Below are positions 1-14,400 of a stretch of 64,000 nt of DNA, piece after piece. This stretch comes from Tubiluchus corallicola (lineage: Eukaryota; Animalia; Priapulida), in assembly GCA_030141605.1 (NCBI GenBank), contig JAQGDQ010000450.1:124001-188000 (forward strand), read 5' to 3'. Each line of letters opens with the position of its first letter. The first letter of the stretch is position 1. The translations under genes and the position numbers were made by a program. The notes under the pieces are model-generated. The model was not told the origin of the DNA and searched no databases. It saw only the letters and a program-made list of their open reading frames with translations.

Positions 1-2884
1 TTGTATGAATATACTCATGTATATTGCAATAGACTAGAAATAGTACTAATTATTCTGTGTACTAAAGGGGATTTATTTGTGTTTAGTTGTTACTGTTTCA
101 CTGCAAAATTTTTGATACTTTATCTTTTTCTTAGCTTATATAAGAATACTGGAAACGCTCTATGCAACAAAAAAGTAAATGTTTATTTTAGATAGTGTCC
201 AAAATGCTACCATGACTGATTAACATTTACTTGATATTATCATGTAATGATTTGTTTACAAGTTTATCACAACATCGCATGGATCTGCACTGAGTGTCCT
301 CTATATTTAGTAGAATTAAGTCACGTTTTAAGTTCTACTTTTTACAAAAATCTTAGCTTTATGGACTCTCAGACAGTATATTAGAAAAGGAATGTAATAA
401 CGTGATTAAATGTAATAATTTCAACTTATCACACGTTCATATGTGAAAAGTTATCTGAAAAACTATTGCTAATATGTGACAATTTATTAAAATTGATTAT
501 AAAACAATAATGATGCATTTTTGTAAACTAGTTCGTACATTTTTGTGGAAACAGTGCAGTTCCACTTAAATTTTCCATTGCAGTACTTCGTTATCTCACG
601 TGAGATGGCGCCACGCACACTTACTGTATTTTCATAAGTTACTTCGTATTAAACTTCGTATAATATGAAGCACAACAGAAAGCTCCTTTTTCCGTGTATA
701 TATTTTTCTATTTTCATCACAGGAACTACGTTGTATTGCCATAAAAGGAGTTATCAAAAAGCGAATCTGTTTTTCTTCCTGGCTTCAGTACATCCAGCAT
801 GAAGCATAACAACATTTTTCAATATAGTCATCTTCTTGATAACGTTTTCTAATAGCGCCAAAGACCACTGCCCAGTAATTTACACCTCACTGACTGGGAG
901 TTATAAAACATGATTTGCTTCTTTCGTTTTTTCTGCCCAACTGTAGTTTAGAGCACTATTTACCATTGTCATGAATCCATTTTTACATTATGATTTACGT
1001 TATTTCAATAGAGCTCTTTTCCTTTCTCCGCCTCCCTTTTTCACTCACTCACTCACTCTCTCACTCTCTCCTCCTGTCACAGTTCCTTCCTTTCTTATCT
1101 TTCTCTTCTCTCTTTTTCTCTCAGCCCCCCTCTCTCTCTCGTTTTAGTCGTTGCCTTTTTAACTTTGTCCTGTGAAATTCATTATTAAACCATTAAAATT
1201 GCCTGCTTGCAATTAGAATAATTAATGACTCACTATCGGCGTGATCAGCTCGAAGAATTTCTCTGCTGAAACGATACTCGAATTTTTTACAACCATCTTT
1301 CATACGCAGTTTGTTAACTTTTTGTCCACTGCAGATACTAACGAAGATCAACTGATATTCAAAGGAAACAAACAGTGACGAAATCATTGCATTATAAGTA
1401 TGTATTGAATAACTTGTCATAAAAGTTCAATAATAACTTGTCAATTTTCCTGCGCAAACACGGACAAGTGCTTCCACGTTAAATTTCCAAGGCAGAGGAG
1501 TGCTTCTTGCTTGTCGACTGTCAACCATAGGTCGTTTTGACTGCACGACGAAGGATGTGACCTCGCTTACAAAAGAATGAAAGTCCCACCGATCAAGTTC
1601 ACATGCACAGATCGGATAGGTCCTTCACCCTGTGTAGCTTGGCCGACATTGTCCAGCAATTAAAACCACGCAGTGATGAGAAGAATTAAATTTGGTTAAA
1701 CTTCTGGCCGTCTATTTTGATGTTTCTTAGTTCTTCCCGCAAAAGGAAAACAGGATGATTTTTCATATCCTACTCTATTTTGAAAACGGTAAAAAGTACC
1801 ATTATAAGACATATAATAATGCCAACGCTTTCTGGTAATTAAATAATAAGTTAAAAACTTAATTAACGGCAGGCGAGCCCAGTTGCTGATGACACCACAA
1901 CTGAACATAATTTTCAATACCACAAGAACTTGGTGAGCGCATTGCACGCGTTTACGAAGGCGAAAATTGAACTATAGTGCAACATTCAGTATACATACAA
2001 AAGTTAAGTTTGGCACTGTGCTCACGCATGAGCTCTCGAACTTGTGCGCTACGTCACAACTAACTGCTCTGAACTAAAGGGTACAGTACCTGTTTTTTGT
2101 GCAACGCGTTTTAGAGATGCAGGCGCTAGTACCCATCTAACTAGCGAATGGCGAAATGCATGCAACAGCGAAGAACTAGCTGCGCAGTAAACGCCAAATT
2201 ACCATTCTGTGACAAGTTATTCTTGAAAAAATAGTTGTTCCTTTTCAATATTTGATATGGTAGATTGTTTTGAGCCATAGTTATAATGAAGTCGTGTTTC
2301 CTTTGACGCTTCGAAATAGCTTCGAAGATGGCATGACGCTATGCTTCTCTAGACCTCACGTGTATTATTGTGCAATGGCACACTATTTATGCGTATTCTT
2401 AAAAGAAAGATTAGTCTTCTGTGTTCGCGAAAAATGTTAGTAAAAAGAATTTAGTAATAAGAGAATTGTGAACGCAAGCGTCAAAGGAAGTTTTGGATTA
2501 TTCGGCAAATAGAGCAAAAAAGTCTTTGGCAATGAGCTAGTTGACCAAATACCATCTGAACGAAAAGAATTAGGTTGAAGCCAATGGAATTAAAGACGCG
2601 GCAAAATTTTAAAAAGTTACGCAATGTAAAGGATCTTAGAGGCTTGGTCGGCCAGGTTAAAGAAGAATAATTACTGGAAGATTTCGTGTGATTTGAAAAC
2701 AGCAAAGATGAAAAAGGTTTGCGAATAACGTTAAAAACTGGGAAAATTTCCTGTAAATTCTAGGGAGTAGGGAAAAGACATTGGCTCAATAGTTAAAAGG
2801 TTAGATTGAATAGCAAACAACTTGGAACAAACACCACTTGTTGTATGTTTAGAATTTCTGACTTTACAAGATTATTATACTTAC

Positions 2885-3165
2885 GGCGGGTTCAGACTAG
2901 CGAGTTTTATAACTACGTAATTCGCAAGCATGTTCAGACTAGAGACTCTTCGACAGTAAGCTCGAGCTGATACTTCCTTCTCTATTCTCTGCGAGATGTG
3001 TGGAGAGTAACTCGCCGAGGCGTCCACACTAGACAGTCACTTGCAGGGAATCAATTCGCGAGTTAGCAATAACTTACCGACAGTAACTCGCAAAGCAGTT
3101 CACACTTGTGAGTTTGCAGCAAGGAGAAAACTCGCGATAGAAAATTTGCCAGTCTGAATGAAGCT
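2885..3165. mobile_element. PIF/Harbinger-like MITE
   Basis: Termini GGGTTCAGACTAGCGAGTTTT ... AAAATTTGCCAGTCTGAA; same family as 29450-29725 and 35418-35695. Confidence 0.7.
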
Positions 3166-6100
3166 TTGTAGTCGCGAACCTGTTAAAATCACAGTAAAGA
3201 TAAAAGAATTAATTTGTATACCTGCGTCTAAAAGACAAAAAAAAAGATTTATTTAACAGACAACATTAGCACTAACGGCTATTTAGCGACGTACAATAAT
3301 ACAGGTAAGGACCCAACACACAAACAACGAATAACATGTAGGATATTCACCCTGGCGTTGGCAGTCGCTATCTACTGCGTGGTTGCAGTCCGAAAATCTA
3401 AACCACTCGGTCACCCAACCCTAAATAACAGACTGCAAGGTGTAACTGAAATTTATAAAAATGGATATAAATGTATGTAAAAGTCTACCTATTATGACTG
3501 TACTCCAGCGATCCGACAAGCTGTAGGCACTAAGTGCATCACTAACTAATGACCAGGCTCAAAATAAGGCTGTTAGCTTAGATCAGAAGTATAATTAGTG
3601 TTATGTTTCCAGCTGTTGCCAGAATCACATGTGTGAAACTCATCACTAGGCTTAATTAATTATAATAAAACGCAAGCTGTTACTAAACCTCATTTGTGCA
3701 AATTATGACGTTCATACATGCTGTAATTTTAGTTTAGTTGGAATTAAAGCTGTCGCTTGCGTAATAAATGAATAATGTTGCCAATTTCATAGGAAACGTT
3801 GTGCGTATCCATACATACGTAGGCTTTGTTTCATGTTATGCAATAGAAAAATTTAACTATCTGGAATAACTAGGTGTAGTTTTGCAAGCGTTTTAGCCTA
3901 GGATCGGTTCCTACTTTTTTAATGTGAATTCACTCAGTTATTGGTAGCGTGTTGCGTACTCTCCGTCAAGGCCACACCCTGGTCAACGAAGGGAACTCGT
4001 AGATCAACAACTCCTACCATGACAAAGAAACCATGCAGACTCACATATTGTAATGGAAGTGCGGGCTTTTGAAATGTAGGTGCAGACTGTCAAAAGGTCC
4101 CAAGGTCAGGTAGTACAAAGGCCATACGTAATCGCAGCTGTGTATCAAGCCAGGGCTTCTAATTTAAATTCATTAATCGTTGAAAGTATAAGTAAACAAA
4201 ACAAGCCAATAAAAATCCATAAAATTTGCTTATGTAAGGAGAATTTCTTCTGCTTGTTTTGCGTATGTCACGTGATTGTCTGCACGTGTATTAAGCACAC
4301 CTGGTGATGGAACACTGCACTTTTTAAACAGGTAACAGGTTAAACAGGTTGAAATGCGAAACTCCTACATTACAGAACATCAAAACTCACGTCTTACGCA
4401 ATAAACAGCTGACAAAATTATTAATAATACTGCAAAAGTTTTAACAATCAATCCTAGCTACGTCCAAATAATGAAAAATAAAAAGATAAACAAATGATGT
4501 TTTAGAGTTGTTTTTCTTACTAAATCAACGTAGTTTAACATTTCGATGCATATTTGTAAAAAAGGCAGTTAAGTGTTAGTTTCCTGCACCTTTACTCGTT
4601 TACGGTGTCAATGCTCTTCCAATTAGCTTTGAGTAACAAGAACTGTGTTCTAAAATTTGTGGAACTTTTCCGCAATATAAAATACGACTTTGTGGAACTT
4701 TTTCAAGGCAAAAGTAATTTTCCACAACCTGCTTACATCATGCAAACTAAACCTTGCCCTTCGGAATAACCTAATACTTAAGCGATGATAAGAAATCTTT
4801 CACACTAGAAATGTTCATTTCTTTCTTGCTGTTATTGCGAGACGGTCAGACATCGCAGGTTTACCATCTTGACCAGGTAAGTTCCATTAGCTACTCTTAT
4901 CCTTATAGTCGCTAATCCATTTTCTGTTAGCAACAAGAAGTGAAAGATTTGTCTTTTTAAACTGCAATGTTTTCTTATAGCAATGCAGTTTTATTATTCA
5001 TCATTTTTTTTTAATTTTTAAATTTAATTTTCGAGATTATGCGTAAGCATTTAACAATAACAATTGTCTTGGAGTCTTCTTTGAAATTAGCTGCATTGCA
5101 GCAATACAAGAAAAAAGATTAAACCGAAGAACAAATAGTCTCTCTATCTTATTAACAAAAGAAATGTCAGCTAAAACAGCAGTGTATACTAATGATCTGT
5201 TTCAGTGTAAAATCAGCTAATCCATTTTCAGATAGATTTTCAGAAATGTCCAACTCAAACTTTCAGACTTGTCCAATTGAAGTTATGAATATTGTCAGAT
5301 TGTCAAAATCAATTGCAGGAATTTCCATCGAATTTCAGTTTCGTCCAAATGAATTTCAGACTAAGCCGCCTGTATTAGGTAACACAATGTTTTATTAAAG
5401 AATACAAAAGAAGAATTGTTTTAATCACTGTAAACTTTATATAATTGTTTCTTTCAAATTGTCATTAGCTTTTGCAATATCAAATTTCATTATAGCCCTA
5501 GTAGCTGTTGGTTGTCAAAATATTAAAATGTTTTGTTGAAAAGCTTTTGGACTGAAGGGAAAAAGAACTTTGCGTGCATAACACCAAAAAATGAATAAGT
5601 GTTAAATTGCATTAGGTCTACCGGTAATTATTTTTGAACAAAATTTTTTTAACGTTTGTTGACGGTGTTCTTTCATTCGTTCGTTCATCGTTCGTTCGTC
5701 CGTCAGTTCGTTGGTCGTTTGTTAGTTCTTCCAATTGTAATACAGATGAAAATACAAATATAAAATACAATTTAACACAAATTAAAAATAACTTGGACAA
5801 ATCTGAAATTCATTTTGAGAATGCCTGAAAATGAGATGGACAATCTGAAATTGACTTGGACTTTTCTGAAATAGATGGAAATAATATAGAACTAAGAAAA
5901 ATGATTCTGTTTTTTCGTGTCTGGTAAATAAATGTAAAATATCTAAAGTTGGTATTTTTCGTTTTTTTTGAGTGAAATGCTGATTCAGTTGACTAGCTTT
6001 TATTTTGTATTTTTTTAATAAATCTACAATAGCAAGAACACGTTTGTAAATAATTACATCGATAAAATCAGTAACAGTACAGTCTCAAAGGGACTTGAAA

Positions 6101-7049
6101 AGGTATAAGTGAGGCGAGGAGCACTAAGCCATCTGAGAATATCACATGAATGAAAGAAAGCCGGTGTTCATTTTTATCAGGCACATAAAGTCGGTTTTGT
6201 AAAATTAAAGTGTGAAGAAGTAGGCACTTTAAAAGTGTTGTATGTAATTTCTACCAAAATTATTACTTATCAATCAGGCGATACGCGCTCAAGCTTATTA
6301 GCAGAGGAGACAAATTGCGTTTTAACTTCAACTTCTCTTTTACGTGCAGCGGATGAAATTAGTTAGTAGACATCTGATTGCGAGTGAGTGTGAACATGGT
6401 AAAAACTTTTAGTGATTGATTACAACTATTATGCGTTATTAATGATACTGAAAACCAGGAAAAAACTCAAAAGAAATTTCACGGAATGTGTTACTAAAAA
6501 TTCTGTTTTGACAAGAAAATTAATATACAGTATAATTTTCAATAACAGATGGCACCACTAGCCTGATTCTTAACAGAGCGTTAGAAAGTAATACATCAGC
6601 GTATGCTTTAGAGCGAAACTTCTAAAAGACTCCTCTACAATTTCTGAAATTCAGTGTAAAATCATATGACTAAGCCTGGAAATATGGAAACAATGCCATT
6701 CCCTTATAGCTAAGAAGAAAGGTGGTGGAATGTGTGCCTTTAAGATGTGTGTTTTCTGCATTTCACATTTTTACTGAGTATTTTACACAACAAAATGAAT
6801 AACAAGTTCGACAAGCTCAAAATTATTAAGGAAAAGCGTCCAGCAGGATTACTGCATTCACAACAAAAACATTTAAATAATAAAAGTAATAATAAAAAAG
6901 GAAAGGTGATTAAAACTGTTATTAATCTATTCTATGGCGTAACAATATTAGCCACGCAGACACAATACTGCCACTGACGTGCATTATCTTAACTCTAAAA
7001 TAACATAAAAGGTTAGAAATTACATTATTAAACAATGCACACGCGTGCG

Positions 7050-8917
7050 TATATCGGAAAGTTTGGTACAAGTAACTTTGGTACGCGGTAATTTTGGTAC
7101 AGGAAAATTTGGTACTATCATCTCAAGGTACAAGGTACGGGGAATGTTTGGTAGTAGGAAACTATGGTACCAAGATTGTTTAGTTCTAAGAAATATTGAT
7201 ACGAGGAAGTTTTGGTACTAGGAAAATATGGTACCAGGATTTGTTAGTACTAAGAAATATTGATACGAGGAAGTTTTGGTACTAGGAAAATATAGTACGA
7301 GGAAAATTTGATACTAGGAAAGTTTGGTACTGGAAAATTTGGTACTAAACAAAAAGAAAGCATTTCTATATCTCAGTATAAAACAATTGTTTCAACGAGA
7401 AAATAAAGAAGTTTATTTAGTATGGAGGAAATCTGGTATTAGGAAAGTATGGTTTATTAAAATGTTCCTAATACATTATACTGTAATTAATAGTTACTGG
7501 CAACTAAAATTTCATCCGTGGTTATCTTATCCATGTATTTACATTTCAGAATTCTTTGCATAATATTTTCTATTACACAATGCCAGAATTTCTCAAATTT
7601 TTCTATTACATCACCCCTTTCAGTAGTACCAAGCCTACCATAGCCACCAACTTTGTAAGTCTTTTGAAAACGTGCTAATTTTTAGCAGATACTTTACTTC
7701 AAAATTTAAAAGATTAATCACAACAGAAAAAGTAACAACAAAAAATGTTTATTATTGTTTATGAATGTGTATCAATGTTTCTTAACAAGGATTGATTTAG
7801 CTTTAATGATAAGGATGTATTTGCTTTTTTGATACAAACTCCATGACCCCCAGAAAAAGACTCATGACCATTTTGGGGGTCATGACCCACAGTTTGAGAA
7901 CGCATGCACAATACTATCTCATATTTTATGGGGCATGGCTAGTTATAAGTAATAGAAAGTTTTGCCAAATTTGAAAAGTGAGTACTATTTATTCCCATTA
8001 GCAATAATAAAAGCATTTTGCATAAATTGAGTACTGAATTTAAATCATTGGAATTATCAAGAGCACAGCAATTGTGGCACATAGTGTAGTGCCAGTAGTA
8101 ACTACTGTGTGCAGTAGTAATCACTGTCAGTCTCGCTTTTGCTACAATTGTCATTATCATTGTCACTGTCAAGATCATCATCAATGTCTTACATGTCATC
8201 GTTATCACTGTCATCATCGTCATCATTATTATCATCATCACTATTGTGATCGTTGTCATCATCAATATTATTGTCATCGCTATCACTGTAATCATCCATT
8301 GGTATTTATAGGCACAACAACAAGAACAGTAACAGTTGAAATGGTGATGGTGATAATAATTATGATGTTCACTGCTAACAATTTTAACAGCAGCAGCAGC
8401 AACGGCAACAAAATGACGAACGTAACGATGACAGTAATAATGATGATGATGGTGGTGGTAGTAGTAGTAATCACAATAAAAGAGCAAGCAAGAAACAAAC
8501 AAACAACAACAATGACAAATAAACAACAGGCATACAAACAAAGGGGATGCGAAAAAAACAAATAGAAGCAAATGCAATAACATGAGCCTCTATAACTTGT
8601 TTGAGTAGCTTATATAAAATATATTTTCCTAGTGCCAAACTTTCCGAGTACGAATCTTTCCTAGTGCCAAACTTGTTCCGTACCATTTTTACCTTGTACC
8701 ATATTTATTTATGCCAAAGATACCTGACAAAACTTCGTTAGTACCATATTTACCAGTATCATATTTATTCTGTGCCAAATTTTCCCAGTACCAAAATTAC
8801 CGCGTACCAAAAATTCCTAGTACCAAATTTTCCCGGTACCAAAATTTCCTCGTACCAAAATTGCCAGTACCAAACTTAGCTGTACCAAACTTACTAGTAC
8901 CAAAGTTACCGCGCACC
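7050..8917. mobile_element. Foldback/MULE-like non-autonomous element with modular terminal inverted repeats
   Basis: Left arm 7055-7450 is made of ~15-bp units (GGAAAATTTGGTACT); right arm 8625-8917 carries the reverse complement (AGTACCAAATTTTCC). Interior includes degenerate (CAT)n/(ATG)n tracts. Confidence 0.72.
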
Positions 8918-11478
8918 ATACCATGCATACTATAATCCGTCATTCATGACAAAAATACAGATTGGAAAGATTTTAAAAAGGCTGTTCAGGAGTATCACTC
9001 ACGAGAATTGCAAGAACTGGAATTATATGTAAGTATTGGAGTATTGGACTATAGACACGATATTAGACCATAGATGAATTAGAAAAAAAATATTAGAAGA
9101 TTACTCCCTTATGGCGTAGCCAATGCTTCGTTTGGGTAAAAAGCGAAATACTTGTAGTTCAGCTGTGAAATCGTCTTCCATCATCAACCATCGGTGATTC
9201 ATGAGTTGACAATTACAAAGGACATTTGAGAGAGGACCGCTCACATATAGTTACCGCCTAGGTAACATATAGTTACCTACATATAGTTACCTTATTTCTC
9301 TGAATAAGATATTCTTGGATAGGGCATTTATATTTCTGTGCTCAATGCAGAAGAGAAGAAAAACAAGTACCAAATTTTTAAAACTATCAAATGCTGCAGT
9401 ACAGATCTTGCTGTAGGGAAACGGGGTACTTTCCCCTCCACAATAACTTGGAAATTTGAAACTCATCTTGACAAGAAACTAAACGCTTTCTAAACGTAAT
9501 TTTACAGCTGCATCGCGCAATTTCTCGTGATTAATTTTTATCCACATTTCCAAACTCTAAAGTCATCGCAAAAATTGGGCAGTAATAATCATTCTACCAT
9601 AAGTAAACTGTAAATTGAAAATGTTTAATGACCTAGATAGACAGATAGATAAATTTATAGACTGATATACAATCATGGAGATGGTCACAGCAAAATCAGT
9701 CCATAGAAATAACATTCGAAGTGTATAAAAATTATTTTCCACAAAATTTCACTTACGAACCGTTACAACTGGTTGTTGCATTCAGTTTTATAAATCATTA
9801 CTTTATATGCTTTATATAATTATAATAATTATAATACGTTATATCATAATATAACTCAAACACTATTAGCATACATATTTAAAGCCTCTGTTACAAATTC
9901 ACACACCAAATTTGCCTTTGATTTTAAAGAATGACCGTAAATTTGAGAAATCTACATTATTATAGACAATTCTCAAATTACGAGTATGTGTGCATTCAGA
10001 TATAACACGATGCTCTGTCTGTACCAGCCCACACAACCTCAGTAAATGTGCTCACCGGCCAGTTTCTATTGCAAGCCCGTGAGCAGATAAGAAAACTCCA
10101 CCCTTTGGGATTCGGGTGAGTTAGAAGTATATACGACCGATACCGATAAATCTGACTTTAACTCGCGATATGTTTTAAACTTTGACTTCTGATTGTCGAA
10201 CTCGGTGTTTTTAGCTGTTTAGATCGTCTTCCAGAATATCGCCTTTCGATCCTCACATACGTATCTAGCATATGGTGTACTTGAAGCCAAACGCAGATTA
10301 TATGCAAAAATGAGGGAGTCACCAACCTGCTCGATCTGAAAGAATGCGGCTAAAATACCGGTACTGCGCATTCCTAATAAATCCGTTGTCAGCGGGAAGG
10401 CCGAATTCTGCCAAACAGAGATCATGTGCTGTCATAGTTCTGACACCAAGTAAAGTTCTTACTGCAGTCATATCAGCAGAGTGAACAGGCTCAAGTTATT
10501 TGTAAGCCATGATTCTCAACTGTAAACAACGGCTGACAACATCGCAAACTCCAATACTTAGGCAGTCACTATTCTTGTAAACGAACGAAACAAAATTTAG
10601 TACTTGGCAGAATTTTTCTTCGCAGCGTTTAGACAAAGAAAGAACCATCTTCCTGCAAGTTGAAAGCTACTCTCCTAAATAACATTAGAAGTCACAGTGT
10701 TTAACAACTAAGCTATGACTGACTAAATTCGCATTATTATTTGCATTTCCATTTAAAACCATAAATTTTGTTTTTTCTCATTAATCTGCATCCCTGACCT
10801 GCTGCAAAATTCTTGCAAAATGTCCAACTTTTTCAGCCTAGATTCTATCATCCATAATACTAGTGTCCATGAACAGTAAGCTGTGTAGCTGACCCAAAAA
10901 GCCTTCCTCGTCAAACTTTGCTTTCAAATCACGAATAAGTGGATTTATGTAGATTTTAGTTTTTTTTAATTTATGAGTTTATTTCAGCTAAAAGCCATAT
11001 ACAAATATATACACACTTACAATAAAATTGAAACTATAGCACGCAATTTCAAAAATCTGTAACTTAAAATCACATAAAATTAAATATTAGGGTACACAAA
11101 GTAAAAGTTATCCTATACGCAGAGGTTATATAATTGAACCTGATAAAAGTGCCTGCGACCAGAGCCACACAAAGTTTGAGTTATGTCGTATGTCAGATAC
11201 ATTAATGAAACCATTAATAATGTAATTAACGGTTAATAATAGTAAAAATTTCCCGGACAGGAGACGAACAATTTTGACAATTTTGACCTTGAACAATTCG
11301 ATCAGTAACCAGCTATGTGATGAGTTCACATTGGTTATTGTAACCTGGGTTTTAGGGACTTTGTACGAACTTTGTCATCTCTATAAAGTTTTAATTTGAT
11401 GCTACTTAAATAGATAATACTACAGTATATTACTCTTACTATATTTTATCTGTTTTCGTGTTTAGTACAGAAGACACA

Positions 11479-14400
11479 ATGACTGACAAACAAAAGGAGT
11501 ACGAAGAAATCAGTAGCTGGTCAATAAACGAGTTGAACAACCGCAAAGATGTAAAGGAAATCAACGAATTGTATCAGATTTGGGCAAAAGATTACGACAG
11601 GGTGAGTTTGGAGATCTCTCTCTTGAGCATCAGTAGGACGAAGCATTTGGTGAGAAATTTCCAAGCAAAATTGATGCATTAAAAAGCTTTGAATTTTCGC
11701 CAAAGCACCTTGAGAATTCTGGCTGTGAAAGAGTAACGTAGGTCAGCGAAAAATAAAACGTATAATTTTTTTTAGAATTTTTGGCAACTAAATGGATTAC
11801 TTTTTCAGTAAAGTCGTGTGTCTATACTCGGTACTTTGTCACGATTTTGACAGACGTTTGACAGTGCAAATGTTGTTATTACAACTAAAAACTTTCGAGC
11901 TAATTGCATGTTTGATATTCCTTCTAGTATTTGTTTCATACGATCTTTTCGTCTCAAATACTCATAACTCTTTTGATGTTATCGTTTTATGATGTTATCA
12001 TTTTATGTCATTTTTCTACCATTCCTGAGATACCACGAGAACAAAAGTTCTAAAAACTTTGCCTACAGTATAATATAAAGTGACATCTTTGTTTCTATTT
12101 CTAAGCGTGTGTTCACTGATTCGATTGCGTAGTTGGCTTGTAGTCTGACCTACATGCTGATTGTGACATCCAGGAGATTTAAAACTATGTAGGTACTGCA
12201 TGTGCAACATTCAAAATGGCTGAGAGTATGATTTTGACTATGCTGTGTAAAATTTTCACAGTGTAGTTTAAATGAAGCTTCACGTCTAAAACGAAATACG
12301 CTGAAAATGATTATTCCTAAACAACTTTCCAAGATATCTGCTACAAACGCAAGTAAAACTGCTACTGAACTTAAAATGCTGATTGTAATTGGTATTCAAG
12401 CCTTAGATCATTCAGTTAGACCTCTTAAAATTGACATCAAATATTATTTGCTTAATTTTTAGAATTACCAAGATAAAACTAATTTCTTAGTACAAAGGAT
12501 ATGTACAGATCTTTATGTTTCGAAAAACATATCTTGGCCATTTTAGTGTGGCCTATGTAGTATATAATATTAAATGTCATAGATGTGAAGATGTCATAGA
12601 TGTAGTCTGACCAATCTATAGGTCAGACTATGACGCAGCTAGGTAATCGAATTAGTGAACACGAACTTAGTATTAGTCAGTTATCTTGAACATGCATTCC
12701 TCGTTTCTATCTTAAAAATGACTAGTATAATATATAAAATCTTACCTACCTTGCAACTTAACTAACATGTTTTCGTAATTTTAATGAAGCACATGGTAAT
12801 AATAGATTGGAAAGCACCAAGAATCGCAGCGGACTGTCTGGGACAACTTCTTTCAAACAAAAAGGATGCGAGAATTCTGGATATCGCTGCAGGGACAGGA
12901 CTGGTAGCAAAGCATGTAAGACATGATGATCTGTTACCTAAACATTTTAGTTTATTTTTCTATTTTTTCGTTTTAAGATTAGGTCAGTTTGGTTCTTCAG
13001 AACGTGAAAAGTGAGATATTTAAGTACAGAGCCTTTCGCCAGCCTCTACATGTTGGTTAATTTTACAAAAATATAAATCATTTTCACGATTTTAATGCGT
13101 TAAACCACACATTAAAATTGCAAAAGAATTTATATTTTTGTAAAATGTAAGTTTGTAGATTTAGTGACTGAATATGTAACGGTTTTCTTTATTTATTATT
13201 CGTTCGTTCTTTCGTTCATTTGTGTTTTTGTTCGTTTGTTCCTTCGTCTGTCCGTTCGTCCTTTCTTCCGTTCGCTTGTTAATTCGTTAATTCGTTCACT
13301 CGTTCATTCTTATTTTTATTCAATCATTTGCTTATCCGTTTATTTATTCACTCATCGTGTTCTCAGTTATTTATTTATTTATTTTAATTTTATTTTTCTG
13401 TTTGCAATAGTATTTGTTTATTTTTTGTGTTAAAGTTACGTGAGCACGGCTTCACTAACATAGACGCACTTGACGGGTCTCAAGCAATGTTAGACAAAGC
13501 GAAGCAAAAGAGCCTTTACAAGAACTATATGTGCAGACTGTTTGGACCAGAGGGACTACCTGATATTGCAACAGGTAAGGGTGTGATAATGCACGGAAAC
13601 AGTCGTCCGTACATGTTTGTGTGTTTGTTCATCTGCGGCATGTCTCAAAAACGGATTAATTATAACAAAATTTGACGATAGAGTTGTACTTGACAGATGC
13701 TTGCGTTTCTGAAATCGAAAGATCGGGGTTCTTTCTGTGAGTCTAACGTTTAGCACAGTAGGCATTTTGCAATTTCTCGCTGTGCGTATTTTACAACTTT
13801 CTGTTAATTTTTTTCCTGCCTCTTTGTCCAGGTACAACTAGTCTATGAACACTGGAACTATGTTGCAGTAAAAAGACAAAGTCCTATTTGTCAAATACGG
13901 AAACCATACATAGGCAAATTTTGATTAGTGGTCTAGATTACAGGTCGTCTAACTCTGAACGATAATCCACGAATAAAGTACTTCAAGCGATTTCGCTTTT
14001 GCCTTTCGCGTTTAGTCATTTAGCTCAAACATTCAGACAGTTCAGATATGGCACTTTGATCTTTGAATCTTCATGTCTACGGAGATGTAAATTGCCGCAT
14101 TGCATCGTCTAAGCAACAATCTAAGATCAGAGCCCTTCGTACGAGCTTCCCACTTCTCACCTTTCAAGTTTATTTACGCTAGTTTTGAAAAAATCAGCCC
14201 TGTATTGATGATCCGCTGACGGTAGCAAAAAATTACTTCGCACCTTAGACTTTGAATCTTCGTCTAGACCAGACGCTTCGATGATTTGACGGCTGTGTAA
14301 ATATATTTTCAAACTTTGTAAACTATGTCAATTTTTCAAACAGGTCAACATCGAAAGAATAATCTAGTTTTCAGTTCTTGGCTAGAATTAGAAAAAAACT

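Noticed and set aside
4790-4885. Possible non-coding first exon of the methyltransferase gene (CCAG|GTAAGT at about 4876)
   Set aside because: A strong donor consensus alone is insufficient without transcript evidence.
7939-8583. His/Cys-rich and Met/Ile-rich ORFs resembling metal-binding proteins
   Set aside because: Open in several frames on both strands because they are translations of degenerate trinucleotide repeats inside a foldback element.
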